DNA of 20,000 nucleotides from Perkinsus olseni (Eukaryota): NCBI GenBank assembly GCA_013115125.1, contig JABANN010000070.1, positions 61,208 to 81,207 of the forward strand, read 5' to 3'. Shown piece by piece: positions 10,803 to 20,000 of this stretch (position 1 is its first letter; each line of letters starts with the position of its first letter). The notes under the pieces were generated by a model. It saw only the letters and a program-made list of their open reading frames with translations, ran no database searches and was not told where the DNA came from. The position numbers and the translations under genes were made by a program.

Positions 10803-11265
10803 CGGGAAGAGGTTGGGAGGTGCCAGGTTGGTGACAAGGTTTATCTATATATATACTGGTAGATAGCGAACAGGTTGTTCGTAACGGCGAATGTCACCAC
10901 CCTGGCTCGCGATGGCCTTGTCAGCAGATTGTGCTGCCACAGCACATCTGCTGGCCAAACCATCTGCCTCTTCCCACTCTCCCGAAGAGAAAGCGATTTA
11001 CATACGGGGCAGCACCCAAGGCGAAATTATGGAAGACTTGAGTGAAACTTGGCCTGAAGGATATCGCTTGGAACAGCATTGTACGCGTATGCCAGGATTT
11101 ATTAGGGTCGGAATTAGTTTACCGAACAAGGGGGGTAGGATAACTGCATCTTGCCTTCGAAGTGCCGGTGCAAGGATTCGAACCGGCGACCGTTAGGCGA
11201 CGATTCGCGACTTGGTTGCGATGAGCTGGGATTTCCTTTCTTCAGATGTCGTCGAGACTGACTGA
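10803..11265 (+). other. Structured 3' non-coding tail of the retroelement
   Basis: 15-bp stem 10822-10836/10892-10906 (1 mismatch), 15-bp bulged hairpin 10921-10954, and further 6-8 bp stems to ~11265. Confidence 0.55.
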
Positions 11266-11432
11266 ACTCAATTCGGGCAGCACTTGAGAGATTCGGGCAG
11301 TCATCATGGTGGTGACTGTGAGATAAGAGAGTTAGAGGGCACACATCAATACACTAGGGCTTCCCACAGCTTAGTAGACTGATAAGATACGCATGTTAAT
11401 TGCACGCTGCACTTAGTCGTCAACGCGAGAAC

Positions 11433-13837
11433 TCATGCAACAGCAGAAGGTGTTATGATCTCGGGCTCTCGGATGGTGAGGGAGATAGGGCCGAACGGTC
11501 TGAAAGGAAGAGAGCTCCGCATCAACAGGGCGATGGGAGCGTACGTAGCCTGACGAGCATCGATCTCTCCATGAGCTGCAAGTAAGAGTGTATGGTACAG
11601 GCTCTTCACAGCGAGGTCTCGAGGGGCTCCATCGGGCCCTGCGGGGGCGAGAGTGGAGAATAGGGCCACCTGAAGAGAAGGCTTGACGCGAAGCTACTGT
11701 CACTCCCTGCGCTGATACCAACCTTTGGGTCCTCACTATTCCCGTCAGCTTCCTGTCGAGTAACCGTATCGCGTATAAGATTCTTGAAAGCGTAGGTATG
11801 GGAGTTGAACCCCCGCAGGCGTCCCTGGGAGTTGACTTGGGTGTTGGGGTCCGCCGAGGGCCGCAGTCTGACAGTAACCATAGTTAACTATCAATCATGA
11901 CGAGCTCACGTCTCCGTCGATAAGTGAGTTGGAGGGAATTTAGCGGAGTCGGGTTGCTGGTGTTGGCCGGAGAGGCTGTACTGCTGGCTCCGTGGTGTGT
12001 TGGGCTCCGAGGGAGATGACTGTGGTGTCCGAGCGAAGACATCAGACAGTAGGGATACTCGCTCCTTACGGCCATCCATTAGGGACGCTGAAAGGGAATA
12101 ATAATATGAGTATCACCGGTTGGTGGCCCCTACTGTCTAATGGAGTTGGGGGATCTAGGAAGGTCTCCTCGAGCTGAACAGCATCAGGCTGGTCACGCAG
12201 CTCATCCACCTCCATGTCCTCGTTGGGTGTGATGGGAGGCTCTCCTCCTCCCAGCACACCAAGGAGAAGCCTGCCTCCTTCTTCAATACCCCTCGTTAGA
12301 TCGGGCCCGAGGAAGTCCAGTCTAGTGAGGGACGGGGCGTTACGGACATAGTCCGCTGGCCGCCACTGCATCTCCCTCGTCCTGGTTATGGGCTCATCAT
12401 TCTGAGCCCACTGGTCGTAGTCAGCTTCACCGATGTACACTTGTCGATCCAGTCTCCTTCGCTTCCGTCCCGAACTGCCAGCAGCCCGTCGTTTAGCTCG
12501 CGGACGTCGAACGGCCGTCGACACCGAGGAAGCCGTCGGCTGCTGAGGGCCAGGGCTCGGCGCCGGTGGGCTTCCAGGGACGCCGGGCGTGTTGTCGTGG
12601 GCGGATGGGGTCTGAGACAGGTCGTGAAAGAGGCTACCGATCGGCATGACTCACAGGTGGTGGGTCTATGAGCTCGTCGGGTAGACTGGGCGGCGGCGGC
12701 GGGCCGTCGCCTGCTCCTCCTCCTCCCTCACTGGAGATAGAGAGCTCCCGTAGTTCCGCAGACGTCATTATCGGCAACTGGCTGTTGCCAACGACCTCAC
12801 CGCTTTCAATAAGGCCTGAGATACAAATTATCGGTGGCACTACTCAGGGGGCCATCACCTTCCTCGTTTCGCCTCCTGCCATCATCATCATCCTCAGCAG
12901 CCCCATTGCCCTCCGAGGGCGGGGTCTCCGCTAGCCTCGTCGTAACCGAGTCCCCAACAGATGGAGGATGGTCACTGCCAGCCCGTCGTCTGACTCTCCT
13001 CTCAGCTCCATCGCTCCCGCCCTGAGCTTAAGACAGTGGCACGAGTCGCCTTATTTCGCCGGCGTACTTCTCCTGGTGATGGGTCGGCATCTTGGTCATC
13101 TTGAACAACTTTACGTTTCCTTTGTTTCCCTTTCTTTCTCTTTTTGGCTGCTGCTGCTGCAGCAGCTCCTCTCTCCTCGTCGTCGTCCTCATCATCAGCA
13201 ATCCCCTTGGTAGACCGCAACGTCTCACGGAATCTGAGCAATAGCCGAGCTGCTGCAGCACCAACCCACAGCGACGCCTCCACGCAGCCAGGATTCGAGA
13301 GAACGACTGACGAAGGCCTTGATCGGGCAACACTGTGAGTACCAATGCCCCCCCCCCCGACTCACTTGGCCATAACAGCATCACACCTCCTGAGCACTAG
13401 ATCAGCCTTACGACTGAAGAGCACGCATGCCCCCTTAATGAGGAGGCCGTAGACTCTCAAGGACACCTGATAGGCCTCCTCCTCCCTCCTCATCCTCCAC
13501 CACCCTGACCAACTCACCTGCCGTTTATCCTTCCTTCCCTGAGGGAGGGCATTCTGCTGGCCACGGTGAGCAGCCGAGAGGATGGCCTTCATGAGCTGGG
13601 ACACCTTCTTAGCAATGTCGATGTCAATCTGTCCTCTCTTCAGTCGAACCACTCTGGTGGCAGCAACCCAGAATTCCGTGAAGTCCCTGATACAGCGTCC
13701 GACGCCCACGTTGGGTAAGAGTAGAGACCCTACTTCTGAAGGCTAGGGACATCCTTGGCCACCGAGGAGATGCTAGTGGTACTAGTCAATGACGATGGCG
13801 CTGCTACTGAGGATGGAGGAGAAGGAGGAGGGGCCAT
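11433..13837 (-). CDS. Alpha-kleisin cohesin subunit (Rad21/Rec8 family), multi-exon
   Basis: N-terminal domain DFTEFWVAATRVVRLKRGQI...VSLRVYGLLIKGACVLFSRKADLVLRRC. Low-complexity middle region. C-terminal winged helix LFSTLAP...RDLAVKSLYHTLLLAAHGEIDARQATPFGPISL after removing a 45-nt in-frame intron. ATG 13837 (MAPPPS) splices in frame to DFTEFW. Confidence 0.85.
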
Positions 13838-13911
13838 AGTGTGCGGGGAAGCTCTCGTTGCAGTATCAGCGATAAGACAACGCTGCTCCAACCTCGCTAT
13901 GCACGAAACGG

Positions 13912-15627
13912 TCAAGTATCCTTCTTATGATCTTCGGGCTGCTGCTGCTGCTGTCGACGGCGCTTATTCTCCTTGCGTACCCTCACGCTAGTCGACACTG
14001 CTATGGCTGCAGCCACCCCGCACACTCCTTGATGGGTTAGATTGGAGAAGAAGAGGAAGTTGGGGTTACCAGTGTTACGCCCCAACCACAACAAGGTCAT
14101 CGCTGGATGGAGTACCAAGGCTGAAGAAACGGTAAGATACGCGAGGAGTATCTTGGCCGACCTACTCAGCGTGCCAAGAGCAAGGAAGAGGATCATGTAC
14201 TGCTCGTAGTTGTTGGGCTCTTGTCGCGGCTCCGGCTTGGCCTCCTTGGACGGTCCATCCTCGTAAAGCTGAGTAAAGGTCTTCACTGCAGTGAGGTCGT
14301 CGAAGTGCAAGAGCAGTAGTGCGGAGAGGAGGGTAAAGTCAAGCGCCTGATGATGACGATAGAAGTGAGAGCGATGATGGTAGCCTACAGTGGGGTAGGG
14401 TTGGAAGAGGACAGTCAATGCCATGACACTCCAAGTATGGCACCTGAGGACAACACCGAGTGACGGTATACGGGGATCATCATCAACATCACAATCACCA
14501 CGCTAATGCGAAGGGGTAGCTGTTGATGCGCGAGTAGACACCGCCTTAATTCTGATGATGGCAAGCTGCAATTGTAACGGCTTACTGTCGAGCATACTCC
14601 CCGCCGTAGGCCCCCAGACGAAAGTAGAGGGGCAGCACATGGACCAGAGGCAACATTTGGAAGACGAAAAGGAAGAGGGCATAGAACCTGAGGGGTCACT
14701 ACTAATCCTCGTCTTCTCACACGCTCTCGGCACGTCACCTTGGGAAGACCTCAGTGAAGATGTACCAATGGAGTCCGACGTTGGGCTGTAGCTCACTCAT
14801 GAGGAAGGGGTCGATGACGGTGCCACGGATGGAGGCCCAGAGGCCATCCCAACTGCCGCTCATAGCAATATAAGAGGCCACTAGTAACGAGGTGTAATAG
14901 GTCCCTGAGAGGAGCAGACATGGCAGGAGAGAAGAGGTAGTCCTACTACCGATGGCGAGAGAGTTGCACAGTATGGTCCGCCATAGGGTGGGCTTTGAAC
15001 GGGAGCACTCCATTGCTGACTTAGAGAACACCAACGCGAAGGGGAGCAGAGGGTTGCAGCGGACGTAGGCCAGTGTTGCTATGCATAGACAGCCAGTGAG
15101 GCCAGGGCAGAGGCAACCGGCTACCAATGCCATCTGGATGCCCTGTCCGGAGAGGGAGAGGCAGGAGAGAATGCTGATGGGGTTGTATAGGTAAGCGCAT
15201 CGTATGAAGAGTTTGGACTCCCTCGAGGCTTGGTAGAGGAAGTAGGCACAGAGCACGTCCGCAGCAGCAATGATGACCAGAGCACTCCACGGTGGAGGTA
15301 GGATATGGGAGGCTGTAGAGGAGAAGGTCAGGAGTACCAATGGGGGTTGATGGAAGAGGCTAGCAGCGTAAGGATCGGCACCTGGCACGGGTGTAAGAGG
15401 CACCTGCGACCAGTCGAATGCTCACCACTTGCCGAGGCTGCCAGTGCCTCCTGCAGCCGCTCGTAGTCATTGATAGGGGAGTTGAGCTCAGGGCTCTGCC
15501 GTAGTAGTGGTGGGGAGCCTAGCGCAGCGAAGAGCAGCAGCCTCAGGAGGAATCCTGATAATGCTATGATGGAGAAGAGGGAGACGTCGCCACTCCTCCG
15601 AGGTATCCATCCTCTAGGCGTTGCCAT
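13912..15627 (-). CDS. PIGU: GPI transamidase subunit PIG-U (Gab1), multi-exon
   Basis: ELNSPINDYERLQE, PYAASLFHQPPL, YLYNPISILSC, PNVGLHWYIFTEVF, FQPYPTV, GNPNFLFF. Multi-pass hydrophobic protein with a C-terminal KKDT (KKxx ER-retrieval motif). Confidence 0.92.
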
Positions 15628-15993
15628 AGAGATGATAAAACAATCATGAGGAAGAGGAGGGGTGCCCCACTGTGATTGTAGTTTCCAGTGCACCATTACG
15701 TGTCCAGGAGTTGATGACGGCCCGTGGCTGAGCCTGGTCGCCTGTTAATGGCCCTCTACCCCAGACTTGAGTAACACTACAGATCCTCAAGAGCGGTCCT
15801 GGCAAAGCTGCAATGCTGCTGCTCATGCATGCTATATGATGATCAACAGCTCAATCATGGCCTACTACTACGTCGTCGACGTCACGCAGTTGCAGAGAAG
15901 TCCGATCGCTCCTCCTTCACCTCTCCTGACGCCTGCTGCTGGTCGCTTCGCCGACTGGGCAACGGAATGTCGAGCTCGAGCGTCATAGCACTA

Positions 15994-16635
15994 TTACCGG
16001 TTGGTGTTGTTAACGGCAGCAGCAGCAGGCCCTCCTCGAGTGTAAGAATTATTCTTATAAAATTCATTCTTGTAGCAGCTGCTGCAGACTACCCGGCCAA
16101 CCTCCGGTCCAGGGGACCAATTCCCTACACACAGCAGGCATCCGCCACACAAGCAGTGGACAGAGGTGGGGATAGACCTACTGAGGTTGAGCTGTACATC
16201 GCATGAACTACACTTGAAACAGTGTTGGTGATAGACCTCACCGTCCACCCGGAACTGAGTGTCGTTGGCATACACTGCCTTGGTGCCTGGTGAAGTGACC
16301 GAAACACTGTGAGGCGTAGCGCTGCTGCACTCACACACAAAACAATGGTCTCTGCCACCTCCGAGGGACCGTGCAAGGGATGGGGTCTGTGGAGCTACTG
16401 ACGGCGCCTCTGAGAAGACAAAGACGATTCCGTGAAGGAGAGGTAGGATGGGGCATGCGCTATTACTCGGCAACCCCTTCGAGGCTTCTGATGGCGGCGC
16501 CCTCTCAAAAAGCTTCATTCGGTCAGCAATGGACAGAGGCGGCTCATCATCATCATCGTTGTGATGGGTTATTTTACCACAGGGCGTTGATATGGTCGGG
16601 GAGGCCTTGGTAGGTGTATCGGAGGAGGATGCCAT
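15994..16635 (-). CDS. Small LIM-domain protein
   Basis: After removing short in-frame introns: C-FV-C-TKAVYA...YH-QH-C-FK-C-SS-C...C-SS-C, the LIM double zinc finger. Start MASSS at 16635. Confidence 0.85.
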   Translation of the reverse strand: MASSSDTPTKASPTISTPCGKITHHNDDDDEPPLSIADRMKLFERAPPSEASKGLPSNSACPILPLLHGIVFVFSEAPSVAPQTPSLARSLGGGRDHCFVCECSSATPHSVSVTSPGTKAVYANDTQFRVDGEVYHQHCFKCSSCDVQLNLSRSIPTSVHCLCGGCLLCVGNWSPGPEVGRVVCSSCYKNEFYKNNSYTRGGPAAAAVNNTNR

Positions 16636-16750
16636 CAAAGAACCAGCTGCCAGCAAGGGACTGCGACTGACCAGCCCCACACAACAGCTGCTGTGATACA
16701 AGATAATAACGTACGTCGTATGGTGATGATGAGCACTGTACACACACTGG

Positions 16751-18493
16751 TCACCCCTGAGAGGGAATGGGGCCCCTCTGAGGGCGTGGAGGGATCAGGG
16801 CCCTACCGGCCGCTATCTCGCTTTTTATCAACTTAACGCTGGACACGCTGTCAGCAGCCCTGGGGAGAGGGGTCCGACTAAATTCATGCCATTTGGCGAT
16901 GAACTCCGCCCGAGGGACGCAGCGACCGCCGAGATCATCCAGGGTCTCACGCATGTAGGGCATGGGGAATCCTAGATACCACAATTTCACACCTGAACAG
17001 CCGATAACAATCAACCCGAGCTTCTCTGTATTTTCCGCGCGTGAGCTAAAGATTCGCAAGCGGAATCTCTACCAACCGAGCTACCGAGCAATGCAGAGAC
17101 GCTGAACGATGGACTAGGATGGTGAATAGATCATGAGGCTGCTGTTCATCAGTTGCTATCCTGCCATACTGTCAGCTGTGACTGAGAATGGTCAGCAGTC
17201 GCCTACGGACCGGCCATCGGAAGGCGTAAATTTTCCGCTTGCCGGCATCTTCGAGAACACCTCAAGCGGTTTTGTTTTCCTTTCTAAGGGCCAACCAGAT
17301 GGCATCGCGAGTTCACTGTTATTACCGAGAAGGGTGAGCATATGCCCCTCCACTTGGAGGAGTATTCGACCGGCTGATCTGTGATCTCTAATCGGGGTGC
17401 TGGCCGTGAAGTCATGGAACACCGACCTGAGAGGTAATGACGGGCTAGTGTATCCAGCAGCAGCAGCACCAAGAAGACGTACCCCAGTATGAACCCCATG
17501 CTGAGGGCTGCGATGTTACCAGTGGCCACATCCCTCAATTCCCATGCCACGAAACGGAGGTCCTGCGGTCCACCGGGGTCCTCCCTCATCATGAGGAGTA
17601 CGTCAAGGCAGCGATCATCCAACCACGTCCCTTGATTAACCTTCTCATGGTACAAGGCACAGAGCTGAAAGAGATATACCAGCGTTATTGACTCGACCGA
17701 AGAGATAGTCTCAAAGCCACCACCAGGGAACAATAGCGACGAATGCCTGGGAGCCGGGTTCTCGGGCATTCCTCGCTATTGTTATTGTGAGAGACTCAGA
17801 TCTTCTATCCACGTCACATGATGTGGAAATTGTCCGCGTCAACGCAGTCCCTATTACTGTCAAATCCATCTCGAAATCCATATTCACACTGAGCTGGAAA
17901 CTGTTGCCATATTTCCTCATTTTCTTCCCTCGGACCCACGCCTCCGGGTTGCTGGGCAAATCCACACAGTAACGTTCTCTAGGGTGGGGTATTAGAATCG
18001 TCTCCTTATGCGGTAGAGCGAAGAGGCCCAGGCTGAACATGCCCCTCCAGAATCTGTATGACCACGTGTCCGACCAAAGATACTCCCCCGGCACGTGCAC
18101 TAGTAGGAGCTTCAAAGCTTCATCGCACAGCTTGAGATGGTCCCTCCCGAAGTAAAGTCGCGTGTTGATGCCAAAGCGAATGCTCTTAGGGATCTTCTTC
18201 TCCTTAGTCATGGCCTGGGCCAGCATAACCACTACATCCTCCTTCTCATTGTAGGCGTAGAGGAGGTGATTGGTCCCCGATCTCAGACCAAGACATACCA
18301 CAACTCGCCCAGCTCGATACACCGTATAGTCCTCCATCATGCAGTAGTCCTGTCCTAATCGGCTAAGCTCCAGTTTGGTGATATCAACTTGAGTATCCTC
18401 CGGTACATTAAACGTTAGAGAATTGCATGTGGCTATTATGCTGAAGGCCTGGACCGGGTCAGCATACCCGGGATCCCGGATAAGCTTTGTCAT
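16751..18493 (-). CDS. Leucyl/phenylalanyl-tRNA-protein transferase (Aat/ATEL1)-like, multi-exon
   Basis: Spliced translation GLFALP...LIPHPRERYCVD...KKMRK...FQLSVNMDFEMDLT|LCALYH...TWLDD...VAWEL...GNIAALSMGFILG|SVFHDFT...SAGRILL...LG|VKLWYLGFPMPYM...LGGRCVPRAEF follows the L/F-transferase motif order. Long introns at 16993-17325 and 17665-17857. The start is uncertain. Confidence 0.75.
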
Positions 18494-18860
18494 TCCCACA
18501 ATACCAATAACTGTACAACATCATCCTCCAGATCCCTCGGCCGGGAACCGCGAGTAACAACTTGAACTCAAGAACATCGGTGATGGTCCGTGGTCCTACA
18601 GCTAATACAGCTTGCAATAATTCATTCCTTTACGACCACGACGAGGCGGAAGATGCTGCGACGAGCATTCAAGTGCCGCCGTTGCTATTGTCACAAACGA
18701 AAAATTGGATGATGATACTACCACCACCTCATCGCCATCATCATAACACGCCGTCAAACTTCACCATATACGGATATCGAAAATCAGAAGGACAGTAGCA
18801 AGGGTGTGAAATAATAAATCTCGGTAGGAATCTTCTAGGTTGGCAACCTCTACGAGGACC

Positions 18861-19877
18861 TCAACCTTGAAGATTCGCCATTTCGGTTAGGTAATTATGC
18901 GTGTCTAGTGCGACATGAGATAAAGTCTTGAGCACCATTCGGTTGGCTTCCAAAAAACCAACTTCGTTGTACGTCATACCGTGCCTGATCGGAAGATACT
19001 GGAGACGGATACGCATGCAAAGATACTCCCAAGAAAATATTCTGAAGTTCTGGTACAACAGAATTACAACGATTGATAGAGATAAGGTACAGAAAACCTC
19101 CTGAGAATGCCCTTCAGTAAAGACTGAGCCAGCAGGGAAAAAAATCAAACGGTATTTTCACAGGGAGACCGGTGGTTGAATCTCGCAACCGTATGCGGCA
19201 TTCCATGGGGGTGCCGCCGGAGAGACTATACAAAACTTCATGCGCCGCATCGGCCCACGCTGTTACTGTACCTCTTGCAGAAGTTTTTGATAATAATGCT
19301 CAATTGGCGGGCCCTGTGCCTCGGACTCCTCGGAAATACGTGATGGGCAGCCTGGAACTGCAGACCACCGTGGAACCAATCCATCCACCATGGGCAGGTG
19401 ATGTCCAGCGATGTTTTCAGCTGATGAGACAAGAATGCTGGGTAATCAGACTTGTCAGTGATAGCCGCGGCGGCTTCAACCTAAGATTCGCTTCCAATGT
19501 GAGCGCGGCACAATACAGCAGCAAGAGCAGCAGCCCACCTTGAGCGGCCGCTGGCTAACCTCATAGGTCGGCATTGCGAAGTGGGATAAGGTTATTTGGA
19601 TGTGGAGGACTCCCGCCACCGAGTGAGAGAGTAGAACGAAAGCAATACGCGTTGCTGGGGAGGGTAGGAATGTCACCAAATAGATGTACCTAGATAAAAA
19701 ATCTTGAGCGGAGCGAAGCAAAAAGGATATTACCATGTAGCAAAGCCAGCTAGGGCACAGAGCTCCCACTTAGGGCTCTTGACGCCTTTCATGAGCCTTG
19801 TTCTCTTGTCTGCTGTCAGCAGCAGGACAGATTGGATGTAGAGGTTGAAGCGAGCGAAGAGCATAACGATGTAATAT
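18861..19877 (-). CDS. Front-end fatty acid / sphingolipid desaturase (delta-6/delta-8 type), 3' exons only
   Basis: FARFNLYIQS, LHIQITLSHF, WMDWFHGGLQFQAAHHVFPR (third His box as QxxHH), end NLQG-stop. 287-nt intron 18985-19271. The gene continues beyond the window. Confidence 0.9.
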
Positions 19878-19924
19878 CTGAGACGTACACAGTACGAGAA
19901 TCATCTCACTCCTGTACGGCAGTG

Positions 19925-19927
<3 letters not shown>

Positions 19928-20000
<73 letters not shown>
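19928..20000. repeat. (TTA)n microsatellite in a desaturase intron, running off the window end
   Basis: About 24 perfect TTA units. Confidence 0.98.

Larger units (their letters stand above)
5230..11300 (+). mobile_element. Tyrosine-recombinase retrotransposon (Ngaro/DIRS-like): gag, RT/RNase H, YR. Boundaries approximate.
   Basis: Three long co-oriented ORFs in the order gag, RT-RH, YR lie between the convergent 3' ends of NAA60 and the kleisin gene. They are almost intron-free, unlike the host genes. No terminal repeats were identified, so the ends are estimated. Confidence 0.9.

Noticed and set aside
10891-11196. 101-aa ORF downstream of YR as a fourth element gene
   Set aside because: No recognisable domain, and it overlaps the stem-rich tail, which is better explained as non-coding.
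11163-11278. tRNA-like B-box (GGTTCGAATCC on the - strand, 11174-11184) with a vague A-box upstream
   Set aside because: Only 2 of 5 T-stem pairs form and there is no matching acceptor stem, so no cloverleaf.
5197-11374. Possible degenerate inverted termini: AAGCTGTG-N15-TTGNTGTGTG at ~5199-5231 and inverted at ~11340-11372
   Set aside because: The middle and flanks do not match. Both sit in the 3' regions of convergent host genes, so chance or shared GT-rich 3' signals are as likely.
14444-14585. 142-nt PIG-U intron with TGATGA/CTGA motifs as a C/D snoRNA
   Set aside because: The boxes are not in the correct order on one strand, they derive from a (CAT)n tract, and I recognise no rRNA guide.
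17066-17090. tRNA D-arm-like TAGCTCGGTTGGTAGAG on the - strand
   Set aside because: No T-arm or acceptor stem follows.
17698-19232. Group I intron-like R (AGAGACTATA 19221, GAGAGACTCA 17789) and S (AAGAGATAGTC 17700) motifs
   Set aside because: S precedes R, no P3/P7 core can be built, and the local match is explained by a simple hairpin.
274-19543. Many short antisense or alternate-frame ORFs in the ORF track
   Set aside because: They are shadows of real exons or intron read-through, with no independent motifs.

Overview
Gene-dense eukaryotic DNA with mostly ~45-60 nt GT-AG introns. The style suggests an alveolate such as Perkinsus (inference). Plus strand: 3' part of a peroxisomal bifunctional beta-oxidation enzyme ending in SKL, ARFRP1 and a NAA60-like acetyltransferase. 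These are followed by a ~6 kb tyrosine-recombinase retrotransposon (Ngaro/DIRS-like: gag with CCCH finger, RT-RNase H, YR). Minus strand: Rad21/Rec8 kleisin, PIG-U, a LIM protein, an L/F-tRNA-protein transferase homologue and the 3' part of a front-end desaturase, ending in a (TTA)n microsatellite. The most unusual signal is non-coding. The gag-pol spacer folds by eye into a two-domain, double-pseudoknot RNA that ends 2 nt before the pol AUG, and the element's 3' tail is also densely structured. No terminal repeats are visible, and the YR gene appears to carry a host-type intron. Three oversized host introns each contain a multi-stem structure whose G-U wobbles favour the + strand, antisense to the host gene. 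All folds were read manually, not computed.
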